Of a stretch of 64,000 nucleotides of DNA, positions 13,374-23,438 are shown in pieces. The DNA is from a virus (taxonomy: Duplodnaviria > Heunggongvirae > Uroviricota > Caudoviricetes). A program made the translations under genes and the position numbers. The stretch lies in the IMG/VR virus record IMGVR_UViG_3300033067_000531. One strand, 5' to 3'. Numbering within the stretch: position 1 is the stretch's first letter; each line of letters begins with the position of its first letter. Below the pieces are notes generated by a model, which saw only the letters and a list, made by a program, of their open reading frames with translations, was not told where the DNA came from and ran no database searches.

Positions 13374-15088
13374 TTTGCAATCCTACTAAAGTTACCCTTT
13401 TTCTCAAATTTAATAACAGAACGGAACTTATCGAATAATTGGTCACCTTTGTGTGAAATAACAAACACATTGGTATCTGTACCCATTTCATTAATCAATT
13501 TCAAAAATTCTTCTGTGCCTACTGTATCTAGTGATGAATCAAACACCTCATCCAAAATCAACAGGTTTGTATTTGTACTATTCTTCAACTTAGCAATCTG
13601 TCTCCAAGTGAATAACAGTGCCAAGTCAATACGCATCTTCTCACCCTCAGAGAAATTGGCGTAAGAGAATTCATCACGGAATCTGGATTTAATTGTCTCA
13701 TTAAAGTTTTCATCAATATTAAAGTTGACAAAAAAGTCCATTGCCGATAAATACTTGTTTATCAATTTGTTCATAATTGGTAGATACTGTTTGATAATTC
13801 TGGTCTTGATACCACCATCCTTTAACAATGTACCTGCATATTCCAAATACTGTTTGTCTACCAATAATGTTTGATATTCTATTTCGTTATCTTCTAACTC
13901 TGTTCGTAGTGATGTTAAGCGTTCATTATCTACCTCAGATGTTTCTACCTTAGTGGATAATTCTTTAATCTCTTTGTTTAACTTCTTGATATAACCATCA
14001 ATTGCACTGATAGTGGCCTGATTCTTGGTGATTTCTGAGTTGTGTTCGGTTATGTGTTCAAGAATCTTTGTCACTTCTTCCATATCAGCAGTCACATTCT
14101 TGAGTTCAATCTCAACTTCCTCAAGATTCTTTTTTTGTGAGCCGATTTTGTTGTTCTTTTCGGTGATTTGAGATTGTTTCCATTCTTCTGTAATTGCTTG
14201 TTTACATGTTGGACAATCGTGGTTGTCGTTGTAGAATTCAATGTCTGATTCATGTCGTTTGATGTTGGTTTGGATCTTGCCTTGAATCTGGAATAAACCC
14301 TTAGATTTCTTTTCCAGTTTGGCCTTCTTATCACCAATCTTATTGTTTAGTTGTGTAACGTGTTTTTGGATAAGAATGTTGTCGTGTAACAACTTGGCAC
14401 GGTCGTTGTTTGATGTTTCAATTTCTGCCTCTTTCTTGGCAATTTCTTCATCACTAAGTTTCTTGTGGTCTTCAATGGACTCCAATTGCATTTTGATTTT
14501 TTCTTCAAGCAATGCAATATCATACTTGACCTTTTGCAAGGACTCTTTGTTCATTGAGAATTTATCTTTTACCACGCCGTTCATGGTGGAAAAGATTTGG
14601 ATGTCCAACAGTTCTTCGATGATTGCTCGGCGGTCAGAGGCCGACAGTTGCATGAACGGAACAAAAGATGCTGAACCAAGGATAACAACTTGCGTGAAAG
14701 ACTTGTAATTTAGTTTGAGAATTTGATTCTCTAGTACGTCTTGGTAGTCTTTTGCTGCTGCATCCTGGTTCACCAAAACACCATTACAGGTAATCTCAAA
14801 CTTATTGGGTTTGATACCTCTAATAATCTTATATTTTTTCTGACCGATATCAAACTCCACCTCAACCAATAAATCTTTTTGGTTAATGGAGTTCAATAAT
14901 TGGGGTTTATTTATCTTACGAAACGGTTTACCAAATAATCCGAAGCACAAAGCATCAAGAATCGTTGATTTACCAGCGCCATTATGGCCAATAATCAATG
15001 TATTTGTTGATTTTGTGAAACTTACCTCAGTCCAATTGGCACCGGTGGATAAGAAGTTTTTCCATCTAATTTTTTGAAATACAATCAT
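13370..15088 (-). CDS. gp46: Recombination endonuclease subunit (Rad50/SbcC-like ATPase)
   Basis: GHNGAGKST Walker A, CPTC zinc hook, FSEGEK signature, LILDEVFD. Confidence 0.96.
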   Translation of the reverse strand: MIVFQKIRWKNFLSTGANWTEVSFTKSTNTLIIGHNGAGKSTILDALCFGLFGKPFRKINKPQLLNSINQKDLLVEVEFDIGQKKYKIIRGIKPNKFEITCNGVLVNQDAAAKDYQDVLENQILKLNYKSFTQVVILGSASFVPFMQLSASDRRAIIEELLDIQIFSTMNGVVKDKFSMNKESLQKVKYDIALLEEKIKMQLESIEDHKKLSDEEIAKKEAEIETSNNDRAKLLHDNILIQKHVTQLNNKIGDKKAKLEKKSKGLFQIQGKIQTNIKRHESDIEFYNDNHDCPTCKQAITEEWKQSQITEKNNKIGSQKKNLEEVEIELKNVTADMEEVTKILEHITEHNSEITKNQATISAIDGYIKKLNKEIKELSTKVETSEVDNERLTSLRTELEDNEIEYQTLLVDKQYLEYAGTLLKDGGIKTRIIKQYLPIMNKLINKYLSAMDFFVNFNIDENFNETIKSRFRDEFSYANFSEGEKMRIDLALLFTWRQIAKLKNSTNTNLLILDEVFDSSLDTVGTEEFLKLINEMGTDTNVFVISHKGDQLFDKFRSVIKFEKKGNFSRIAK

Positions 15089-16155
15089 ACGTCAGTATTC
15101 AAGGCCTCTACGTAGAGTTCCTTCATTAATTTTTTCAATTTAACATTATCAATATTACTTTCCTCAACGGAATCAATATACTTACCCAAGATAGTTAAAG
15201 TATCTTCCGCTTGGTCTACCATTTCATCCTCAAGGCCTTCACCTAGTTCAGAGAAATCTTCGACAATTGTAATGTCTGCTGGATTAACATTATACAGGTT
15301 ATTCATAAACTTGTCAAACAAATATGGGTTGGTCTTGTTCATTACAACCACTTTGATATAACAATTTTTGTAACCAGTCAAATCTTTGCCATCAATCTCT
15401 TTAATTGTTTCCGCTTTGTCATCATACGTGATGCGATGAAAGATTACGTTTGTATTCTCAACAAATTCGAGATTCCGTTTATCCAAGTCAAAGATGTGAA
15501 AGCCACGATTATCGCCATAATCTTGCCAGGTAAGTTGGTACGGATTGCCGAGATAAAAGATACTGTCAGCATTTGACTTATGATGGTAATGACCAGAAAA
15601 AGTAAAATCAAACTTACGAAATAAATCACGTTTCAATCCTTCATGTGCAGGCATACCACGATACATTTGGAAACCATCAATCTCAAAATGACCACAACAA
15701 ATACTGGCATCAGTTTGTTGCAAAAGTCTCATAGAAGATTCATAGTTCTCTGCACATATCCAAGGCATCATACAGATTTTGTGTGGACCAACATATATGT
15801 CCTCTGGATGGTCAATCACATTAAAGTTTACACCATACTCATTCAACAACAAATCAACAGAGTTTACATCGTTGGTATTCTTGAAATATGTGTCGTGGTT
15901 ACCAGCCAAAATATGTACGTCAACACCTAATTGTGCCAAAGGTTCGAAGAACATTTCTTTTGCACGTTTCAATGTGTAGAAGTTCATATACTTTCTACGG
16001 TCAAAGGTGTCACCTAAAATTAGAACAGCATCTACCTTTTCCTGTTTTAGCTTGGGGAAAAAGATTTCATCATAAAACTTCTGGTAGAAATCAAGGAAGA
16101 TGGGTGAATCGTTCCTTGCACCAAAATGTTGGTCAGTTATTAGCGCTACTTTCAA
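15085..16155 (-). CDS. gp47: Recombination endonuclease subunit (Mre11/SbcD-like)
   Basis: ITDQHFG, LGDTFD, AGNHD, GHFE, FSGHYH metallophosphoesterase motifs. Confidence 0.96.
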   Translation of the reverse strand: MKVALITDQHFGARNDSPIFLDFYQKFYDEIFFPKLKQEKVDAVLILGDTFDRRKYMNFYTLKRAKEMFFEPLAQLGVDVHILAGNHDTYFKNTNDVNSVDLLLNEYGVNFNVIDHPEDIYVGPHKICMMPWICAENYESSMRLLQQTDASICCGHFEIDGFQMYRGMPAHEGLKRDLFRKFDFTFSGHYHHKSNADSIFYLGNPYQLTWQDYGDNRGFHIFDLDKRNLEFVENTNVIFHRITYDDKAETIKEIDGKDLTGYKNCYIKVVVMNKTNPYLFDKFMNNLYNVNPADITIVEDFSELGEGLEDEMVDQAEDTLTILGKYIDSVEESNIDNVKLKKLMKELYVEALNTDV

Positions 16156-16537
16156 TTTGTTTCCTCAATCCTGAGCTAGAATATGTGTGTGGTCTTTTAT
16201 TAAAGTAAAATTCTTTATCTAAATGTTTACCGGTAAAGGCCTTATGCCGGTATTCTTCACCAATGATTCTAACATCATATTTGAGTGTTGTCAAGAGGTT
16301 TAGTAAATCCTCTTCGGTAGAATATGGAATGATTTCATCCACATACTTGCAACCCTTTAATTGTACGTATCGTTCATATACCGATTGTACAGGTTTATTC
16401 TTCTCTGGTCTATCCAGTGTTGGGTCTGTTTGTAATCCCACAATCAGGTAATCACATTGTTGTTTGGCTTCCTCCAACATCAACACATGTCCTGCGTGGA
16501 ACAAATCAAAACAGGAACAGGTAAATCCTATTTTCAT
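16133..16537 (-). CDS. Cytidylyltransferase (glycerol-3-phosphate cytidylyltransferase/TagD-like)
   Basis: FDLFHAGH (HxGH), DYLIVGL, ER..QL.GCKYVDEI, YSSSGLR. Confidence 0.9.
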   Translation of the reverse strand: MKIGFTCSCFDLFHAGHVLMLEEAKQQCDYLIVGLQTDPTLDRPEKNKPVQSVYERYVQLKGCKYVDEIIPYSTEEDLLNLLTTLKYDVRIIGEEYRHKAFTGKHLDKEFYFNKRPHTYSSSGLRKQIESSANN

Positions 16538-16539
16538 AA

Positions 16540-17094
16540 TCACTCCATAAACTTTTCAACACCAGAAGGTTTCTTCTTGGCTTCCTTTTCTGCCTTTTTG
16601 GCAGCACGACTATCTTCATAGTTCTCAATAAACTCTGAGATGTTATCATACATTTCAAATTGACGGGAAGAACCATCTTCAGCTTCCATCATTTCAAACT
16701 CATCCAAAACACCAATCATTTCTGTGGCTTTGTACTTCACATACAGTTGTTTCTTTTCTTTTTGAATCCTACGTAAGAAGGCATAGTAGATAATCTGCGT
16801 GAAGTATGCAAATGGATTGTTTGACTTATCGGGATTGAAGTTATCAAAGTACATCAGACAGTTTTCGATACCATCCGCAATCATTTCATCACGGTAAGTA
16901 TAGTTGATGAAGTTAGGTTTATGTGATAGACCTTCGGCAATCTTCATCCAACATTCTCCGATGTAGTCTGGAATCTTAGGTTCTGGAAGGTTTTGCTCTT
17001 TGGCGTCTTTAACCTTCTGCTTATACTCAATTAGAGCCTTGAGAAAGTCTGCGTTATTTACGTATTGTTTAGGTTTTTTAGTAGTCTGGGTCAT
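16540..17094 (-). CDS. gp55: Late transcription sigma factor
   Basis: YVNNADFL.AL, KIAEGLSHKPNFINYTYRDEMIADGIENC, NPFAYFTQIIYYAFLRRI.KEKKQ; ATG at 17094. Confidence 0.96.
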   Translation of the reverse strand: MTQTTKKPKQYVNNADFLKALIEYKQKVKDAKEQNLPEPKIPDYIGECWMKIAEGLSHKPNFINYTYRDEMIADGIENCLMYFDNFNPDKSNNPFAYFTQIIYYAFLRRIQKEKKQLYVKYKATEMIGVLDEFEMMEAEDGSSRQFEMYDNISEFIENYEDSRAAKKAEKEAKKKPSGVEKFME

Positions 17095-17174
17095 AATATA
17101 TTCAAGTTTACCATAAAAAGTTGTTGACAAAAGGCTTGACAAGTGATATAGTCCTCGGTGTAGCCCCGATGATG

Positions 17175-17525
17175 TTAATGTATAGATATTCCTTTAGAAC
17201 TTTCCAGTTCTTCTAGTGCTTCCATTATATCACCAATCTCATCATTATTGTCATTAGATATAACAGAATCTATCTTGTTTACCGCTATTTGATAATACTC
17301 TGAAAATTCTTCATTTGGTTCCATATAACATACAATCTCGTCACGCGGAACTTTCACAGAGTTACCTTTGATTGCTGCGAGTGGTAACCAGTGTTGCAAT
17401 ACCAATTTCTGATTAATCATATTGAACATCATAGGATATTTCAATTCAATCATACCAGCTGAAACCGATTCTGTTTCACAGATAACATCGGAACCATCTT
17501 TAAGTCTTAGGATTTGAATCGTCAT
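17175..17525 (-). CDS. Conserved hypothetical protein (Sm-like fold suspected) downstream of uvsW
   Basis: IQILRLKDGSDVIC..., LKYPM, LQHWLP; lies between uvsW and gp55. Confidence 0.7.
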   Translation of the reverse strand: MTIQILRLKDGSDVICETESVSAGMIELKYPMMFNMINQKLVLQHWLPLAAIKGNSVKVPRDEIVCYMEPNEEFSEYYQIAVNKIDSVISNDNNDEIGDIMEALEELESSKGISIH

Positions 17526-19005
17526 TTTTTAGTCCTATGTTGTAAATCTTAAAAGGAAACTTCTGTTCAGTATATATCTTTACTCTTTCAACGAAATGTC
17601 TAAGTGTAAAGTTCATATGTTTCTTATGTCTCAAGTCATCCGCAACATCATACAACGTTGCCATTTCTTTACCTGATGATTGACGTAGACCACGACCAAT
17701 AGATTGTAGAATACGAATTACCGATTTACTTGGTGACGCAAAGATAATATTGTGTAGATTCTTGATGTTAATACCAGTAGAGAATGTTCCGTATGATGCC
17801 ACAATAATAGCATCCTTTTCCTTTTCCACAATATGACGAATCGCCTCACGGTCTTCCGTGTCCGTTCCTCCGTGGACGAAATAAACTTTACGTTCTCCGG
17901 ATTTCTCCTTAATCATTTCATACAGTTTTTTACCGTGTTTTTCCACCATTTGGAACAATACCAAGGTGTTGGTGTTCATACTAATGGCCAGATTTCGTAT
18001 AAAACGATTGCGGTTTGAAGAACTAACGATAAAGTCCATTTCTTCTTGGTATGTCCAATCTCTTGCTTCTTCGCATTTGTCTTCGGAATGTTTCAGTATT
18101 AGACATTTAATATTGAAATCTGAAAGAATTTTCTTATCAATCAGTTCTTTTGTTGTGATAACCTGTTTAACAGGACCAAACAAACCTTCCAAAACCAACT
18201 TGTGTGTTTTGGTTCCGTCCAAAGTACCTGTCAAACCAATTCTATATTTGGTGTTGATGCAGGCTGTCATAATTGTGGTCAACGATTGTGCTTTGAAGTT
18301 GTGTGCTTCATCGCCGATGATATATTGGAATTGCTTGAAGTATTCTGGAGGCATCTGGTAAAGAGACTGCCATGTGGAGATAATTAATTTCTTACCAGAA
18401 TGTTTGTCTTTACCTTGATAAATCTTATGCACATGTTCATCTACATCGAAGTCATCGTGTTCAGCATAATCTTTAAAGTCTGATGTAAGTTGTTCAACCA
18501 AAGAGGTGGTCGGAACAATAATCAAACCTTTCAGGTCTTGGTAGTCCAACAACTGTCTAAAAATTAAATAGATGATAAGTGACTTACCTGATGCGGTGGG
18601 AGACAGTAGAAGTTTTCTACGTGATTGCATTGCTTCGATAAATGCATCTCTTTGGTGGTCGTTTACAGTGATTGGACGACCTGCTGAATGTAGATTCAGA
18701 GACTTAAAGAATTTGTCTGCTTGATATATGGAGAATTCATCTTCCAGTTCTTCAATCTCATACGTATACTCACGTTCATCACAGAACTCTTTGATGTATG
18801 GAATCAAACCAAGATAGATTTCGTTAGACTGTCTGTTGAATAGTCTAATCTTACCGTCCCAGATTCGATTCCTGAACGCAGGAACGAATTGGTGACCTGG
18901 TACGAAGAATGTGAAGTACTCAGATAGTTCCATCGCCAGGTGTCGTTCACACTCAACCTTGGCGTATACTTCATTCTTCTTACTAATAATCAAATCACTG
19001 GCCAT
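17500..19005 (-). CDS. uvsW: DNA helicase UvsW
   Basis: WDGKIRLF, SPTASGKS Walker A, GDEAH, GLTGT, QSIGRGLR. Confidence 0.96.
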   Translation of the reverse strand: MASDLIISKKNEVYAKVECERHLAMELSEYFTFFVPGHQFVPAFRNRIWDGKIRLFNRQSNEIYLGLIPYIKEFCDEREYTYEIEELEDEFSIYQADKFFKSLNLHSAGRPITVNDHQRDAFIEAMQSRRKLLLSPTASGKSLIIYLIFRQLLDYQDLKGLIIVPTTSLVEQLTSDFKDYAEHDDFDVDEHVHKIYQGKDKHSGKKLIISTWQSLYQMPPEYFKQFQYIIGDEAHNFKAQSLTTIMTACINTKYRIGLTGTLDGTKTHKLVLEGLFGPVKQVITTKELIDKKILSDFNIKCLILKHSEDKCEEARDWTYQEEMDFIVSSSNRNRFIRNLAISMNTNTLVLFQMVEKHGKKLYEMIKEKSGERKVYFVHGGTDTEDREAIRHIVEKEKDAIIVASYGTFSTGINIKNLHNIIFASPSKSVIRILQSIGRGLRQSSGKEMATLYDVADDLRHKKHMNFTLRHFVERVKIYTEQKFPFKIYNIGLKNDDSNPKT

Positions 19006-19429
19006 TTACGAATTTTTCCCATGAAATAAAATCACGCAGCTGCCATGTTCTTTGTTTCAATTCTTGCATAATAGATTCAATAACCGAGACACATTCATCA
19101 TGGTAGACCTTCTTTTCTAAAAGTTTGATAAGGTCTTTATCTGCTTCCATATATGTAGACAAGTCGGTTTTGAGTACAAATTGAAATGGTTCCCAACCAT
19201 ATTGTTCCAATTCGTCTTTGTCTAAACGTCCACCAAAATATTCTGTTTTAATTTTCTTCATACGAAGATAATCAAAGTGTGCCTTTTTAGACGCAATTTT
19301 ATGCTTGGTAAGTATACCAAGATATTTACTGTGGAGTGTGGGGATTTTTAATAATTCTTTAGAAGGTTCAGTCTGGTCAATGACCGCATCACGTTCCCAA
19401 AGTTTTAAGATTTGCTCTAGTGTTTCCAT
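18995..19429 (-). CDS. uvsY: Recombination mediator UvsY
   Basis: W..D.VID..E..KE.LKIP.LHSKYL, K.EY..G, ADKD, R.WQLR..I.W.KF..G. Confidence 0.9.
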   Translation of the reverse strand: METLEQILKLWERDAVIDQTEPSKELLKIPTLHSKYLGILTKHKIASKKAHFDYLRMKKIKTEYFGGRLDKDELEQYGWEPFQFVLKTDLSTYMEADKDLIKLLEKKVYHDECVSVIESIMQELKQRTWQLRDFISWEKFVNGQ

Positions 19430-19473
19430 TTTATATTCAAAAAACAAATAATGTAGATTATATCAGAGTATTA

Positions 19474-19986
19474 TTAAACAGGCAAGTACTTATATGATTG
19501 ATACCTGAATGTGGCATCGCAGGTTATAATAGTATCTGCGTCTTGAGTGGTATCGAATCTAATACTTCCCATTGATGTTGGGAAACAGTTTGTAAATTCA
19601 ATACGCAACACTGGGTTATTCAGGTTGTTTAATATAGTTAAAGTGGCATCCGATAACTTCTTGTTTGTCTGCAACTCTGGACTATGGTCACGTTTCTCGA
19701 AACCATCAGGATCAGCAATAGACAAGAACCAGTCGTACATGGCCTTCCAAGACGACATATCTTCATTCACTAAGAATGAAATGTCTAAAGGAGAGTAATC
19801 CAATTTGGTACCTGGTGAGTACATATCCAGGAATGGTGTTGCTCTACTAACTTCACCCAAAGAAATGGATGGTATCTCCACTGTCTGGCAGAAATACGTG
19901 GTGTGTTTGACTCTATTGAATGTCAATAGAAACTTGGTGGGTTGTAGTAGATTGGTATTCTGTGGATTTCGATTTAAGACACTCAT
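19474..19986 (-). CDS. gp3: Tail completion / sheath stabilizer
   Basis: N.LQPTKF.L, YFCQTVEIPSISLG, PG.KL.Y.PL.I.F.V.ED, FPTS.G.I.F; T4-like position after gp23. Confidence 0.88.
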   Translation of the reverse strand: MSVLNRNPQNTNLLQPTKFLLTFNRVKHTTYFCQTVEIPSISLGEVSRATPFLDMYSPGTKLDYSPLDISFLVNEDMSSWKAMYDWFLSIADPDGFEKRDHSPELQTNKKLSDATLTILNNLNNPVLRIEFTNCFPTSMGSIRFDTTQDADTIITCDATFRYQSYKYLPV

Positions 19987-20013
19987 GTTATCTCCTTGTG
20001 ATTATTTAGGACC

Positions 20014-20040
20014 AAAAAAAAGGGACACCGAAGTGTCCCT
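20014..20040 (-). terminator. Rho-independent terminator after gp23
   Basis: Minus strand GGGACAC-TTCG-GTGTCCC-TTTTTTT. Confidence 0.88.
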
Positions 20041-20062
20041 TTAAAGTCCCTCTTAGTGGGGA

Positions 20063-21421
20063 TTACATCAAGTTCTTAACTTGGAAAATACGGTAGTACT
20101 TGTTAGAACGAGCCTTCAAGATACCGTTACCAACATCAGTACCTTCCGCAAATGGGTTCGCAACCATGCCGTAGCGAGTCTTGAAACCAATCTTTGGTTG
20201 GAATGTGTGTTGGTCAACTGCACGAACCATTTGCAATGGAACGTATGGGCAGTAGAACAAACCAGCATCGTAAGGAGAAGAACCCTTATAACCGATTGTC
20301 ACCAATTCTTGGTTGCTTGTGTAGCCACCGAAGTATGGGTCAATGTACACTTTGATACGACCGTGCAACATACCAGCGAAGGTGTTACCTGTGTCGTCAA
20401 CTTGCAAGTCAGCAGACAAAGCAGGTGTGTATTGCAACACGCCAGCCATAGCCATAGCAGAAGCAACGTCAGATGATACAATCATCACGTTACCCTTACC
20501 ACGACGAGTTTGCTTAGCGATAACGTTAGCATCACGTTCGATTTGGAAAATCAAACCCTTGAAACGTTCAACAGACCAACGACCGTTAGAGTCTGTGTCC
20601 AAGTCGAAAGTACCAGCAGTTGTAACACCGTATTGAGCACCTGCAACAGCAGTAGCGTAGATAGTACGGATAACTTCACGGTTGATTTCAGCCAAGATTT
20701 CTGTGGACAGAATGTTGGACAATTCTGTTTCAGCGTCCAAACCATGAACTGCCTTCAAGTCTTGTGCCAATTCTAGAGAGTATTCTGCCTTCAATGCACG
20801 GCTCTTAGCAGTTACAGTCACCTTTTCGATGCTGAATGCCATTTGGTTGAACGCAGATTCCAATGTAGAACCCAAAGATTCAGCAGTAGCAGTAGACATA
20901 CCGATACCGGATGTAAATGCGTTAGCTGTCAATGAACCAACTGGGTTAGTCAATGTATCACCAGTTGTTGTGTTTGCGAAACCGTAGTCTGTACGTGTTT
21001 GAGAACCTGTACCAGAGAATTGAGTATTCGCTTCATTGAAGAATGCTTCGTTACCGTCACCAGTACCAGCAGTACCTTGAGCGTTATACTTAGCACGCAT
21101 TGCGAAAATCAAGCCTGTTGGGCCAGTCATTGGTTGAACACCAGCAACGTCATAAGCAATCAAGTTTGGCAACGCACGGCGTACCAAAGAAATCAAGATT
21201 GGGTCGAAGTTGTTGATACCACCACCAGTAACGTTTGTTGGTGTGCCAGAAACAGCAGGTGAAGTTTCGTTCAACTGTGCAGCTGCAGCAGCCATTTCAC
21301 GTTGTTGGTTTTCCAAGATAACGGCAGTAACTGCCTTCTTGTACGGATCTTTAATAGAGCCGATTTCAGAGTGTTCCAAAACTGGAGCCCATTTTTGTTG
21401 TAGTTCTTCTGATAGAAACAT
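20063..21421 (-). CDS. gp23: Major capsid protein
   Basis: KW.PVL, DPILISLVRRA.PNLIAYD.AGVQPMTGPTGLIFAMR, SRALKAEYS.ELAQDLKAVHGLDAE, TFQPKIGFKTRYG. Confidence 0.98.
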   Translation of the reverse strand: MFLSEELQQKWAPVLEHSEIGSIKDPYKKAVTAVILENQQREMAAAAAQLNETSPAVSGTPTNVTGGGINNFDPILISLVRRALPNLIAYDVAGVQPMTGPTGLIFAMRAKYNAQGTAGTGDGNEAFFNEANTQFSGTGSQTRTDYGFANTTTGDTLTNPVGSLTANAFTSGIGMSTATAESLGSTLESAFNQMAFSIEKVTVTAKSRALKAEYSLELAQDLKAVHGLDAETELSNILSTEILAEINREVIRTIYATAVAGAQYGVTTAGTFDLDTDSNGRWSVERFKGLIFQIERDANVIAKQTRRGKGNVMIVSSDVASAMAMAGVLQYTPALSADLQVDDTGNTFAGMLHGRIKVYIDPYFGGYTSNQELVTIGYKGSSPYDAGLFYCPYVPLQMVRAVDQHTFQPKIGFKTRYGMVANPFAEGTDVGNGILKARSNKYYRIFQVKNLM

Positions 21422-21461
21422 TTAAGTTTTCTCCTTGTTAATTTTTAAAACGGTATTTTAT

Positions 21462-22745
21462 TTATTTTACCGCAGTTTTTGATAGTGCTTGTACGATTGC
21501 AGCAACGCCTGGATCAGATGAAACGCTAGTTGGTTTCTTCTCATCTTCAACAATTACTTCTTCGTTTAATGCAGATGTATCGGCAGGTTTAACAGTAGAC
21601 TCTGTGAAGTACGATGTACGTAGAGTTACCATTTTGTCTGCGAATTCCTCGTCTGTGGTAAAGTCAACACTCTCTGCGAGTTGTTTCATTTTTTCCACTT
21701 GAGTCTGCGTTAGGCCTTCACATACTGCATGTATAGCCTCTTGTTTTTTGGATTCGTTCAATTCTTTGTGCAATGCAACGTTAGATTGGATCTGTTCGTT
21801 AACTTGAGCTTCCAATTCTTCAACTTTGTTGGTCAATTCTTCAACAACGTTTACTTTATCTTCTGGAATATCAATGTAGTGTTCAACGAACAAGTTGCGT
21901 AGGCCACCCATAAAGTCTTCTACGATTTCAGAACGTAGACCTTTTTCGATAGCGATTTGGTTGTCTTTGACCCATTCTTCGGCCATGTAAGAGATGTAGT
22001 CGTCCAACTTAGTTGCCAACTCTGTCTTAACTTCTTCAACAGCCAATTCAAATTCTTCGTACAACACTGCTTCGATTTCTTCCATCAAAGAAGATGTACG
22101 TGCAACAACTGCTGCTTCAAAAATTGTGGATGCCTTTTGTTTGAAGTCTTCGGATAGGTTTTCGCCAGAAAGCAAAGCGTCAACGTCAGAAGCAACTTCT
22201 TCTTTCATCTTTTCTTTCTTCATCATGGCTTTGATAAGTTTCTTATCTTGTGCTTCATCTTCATGCTTTTCTTCTTTTTCTTCAGCAACAACTTCTTCTT
22301 CAGCTGTTTCTGCTTCTTCAGCATAAGATTGGAATGTAGCGCCTGGGTTAGATTGGAACATTTGTTGTGCCAACTTAGCCTTCACACGGTCACGGATGTT
22401 TTCGTATGATGTTGGGTCTGCTTGATTGATAGTTTCAGCTGCACCTGATGCTTCTCCTGGTTGACCAGACAATTTCTGTGCTGGTTGTGAACCTACTGGA
22501 GGTGTTGCACCTGGAGGAGTTGCAGAAGGAGTACCTTTGGTGTAATCACCAGCCTTGTCGTCCTTTTTGTCCACAACACCAGCAACTTCACCTGCATCTT
22601 TTGTGCCATAAGCAACAGATGTAGGAAGTTTTTGTGTGCCGTCTTGACCGCTTTTCTTTGATGCGATGTTAGCGTCAAAAGTTTCTTTTGCACCTTCATT
22701 CATCAAAACTGCTTTAGCGGCATCAGCTAGATTATTAATTGACAT
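21462..22745 (-). CDS. gp22: Prohead core scaffolding protein
   Basis: Acidic coiled-coil; LSEDFK.KA.TIFEAAV, LDDY.SY.AEEW...N.IAIE.G. Confidence 0.92.
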   Translation of the reverse strand: MSINNLADAAKAVLMNEGAKETFDANIASKKSGQDGTQKLPTSVAYGTKDAGEVAGVVDKKDDKAGDYTKGTPSATPPGATPPVGSQPAQKLSGQPGEASGAAETINQADPTSYENIRDRVKAKLAQQMFQSNPGATFQSYAEEAETAEEEVVAEEKEEKHEDEAQDKKLIKAMMKKEKMKEEVASDVDALLSGENLSEDFKQKASTIFEAAVVARTSSLMEEIEAVLYEEFELAVEEVKTELATKLDDYISYMAEEWVKDNQIAIEKGLRSEIVEDFMGGLRNLFVEHYIDIPEDKVNVVEELTNKVEELEAQVNEQIQSNVALHKELNESKKQEAIHAVCEGLTQTQVEKMKQLAESVDFTTDEEFADKMVTLRTSYFTESTVKPADTSALNEEVIVEDEKKPTSVSSDPGVAAIVQALSKTAVK

Positions 22746-22775
22746 GTTTTAAATCTCCTTGATTTTTATATTGGA

Positions 22776-22783
22776 TATTTATA
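22776..22783 (-). promoter_or_regulatory. T4-type late promoter TATAAATA
   Basis: Exact T4 late consensus upstream of gp22. Another exact copy is at 24189-24196. TAAATA-core variants precede gp3, gp19, gp18, gp13 and the fibre cassettes. Confidence 0.85.
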
Positions 22784-22784
22784 A

Positions 22785-23429
22785 TTAAAGTTTTCTTAGG
22801 AAGTTTGAGAAGATTTGCAAACTCACACGTTCGATATCTTTTGACGAAGCTTCAACGATACGTTTTCTGTCTTGGTCATAATTCAATTCTGTGTATTTGC
22901 CATCTACTAACATCCACTCTTTGCCTTCCATGATACCTTGTACGAAAGCACCAGGTGCGGAAGGATCAGCTACGATATCTGCCGCTGTGGCTAGATGAAA
23001 GTCATCTTGAACAATATTGACACCGTTTTCCATTTTTAGTGAACCCAAACCACGTGATGATACGCCAAGTTGGCCACCACCTTCGATGATTTGTCGAGCA
23101 ATATTGCCCATAGGTGTTTCAAGAATTTTTGCTTTGCCAATCCAAACATTACCCTCTTGTCTCAAACCTACAATGAGGTGTGATACACGGTCTAGGTTAA
23201 TACTTGGGGTGTCTGGGTGACCCAGTTCACCGAAGGCACGGTTTTTAGAAATGTGTTCTTGGAGATAACGGTTAACTTCTTTGCGCATAGTTTCTTCTTT
23301 GTACATGCGTCTGTTGCGGTTAACTGCTTCTGCAACAAGGAAAGGACCCTCAATATAGAGGGATTTCTTTCCGTCTTTTTCTTCTGTAAGATACTTAATA
23401 TCTTCTGTTAATTCGGTAATTAATCTCAT
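22785..23429 (-). CDS. gp21: Prohead protease
   Basis: LYIEGPFL.AE..NRN.R.Y, GELGHP, GVSSRG.GSL, ADPSAP.AFV.GI.E. Confidence 0.96.
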   Translation of the reverse strand: MRLITELTEDIKYLTEEKDGKKSLYIEGPFLVAEAVNRNRRMYKEETMRKEVNRYLQEHISKNRAFGELGHPDTPSINLDRVSHLIVGLRQEGNVWIGKAKILETPMGNIARQIIEGGGQLGVSSRGLGSLKMENGVNIVQDDFHLATAADIVADPSAPGAFVQGIMEGKEWMLVDGKYTELNYDQDRKRIVEASSKDIERVSLQIFSNFLRKL

Positions 23430-23438
23430 TTTGGTTCC

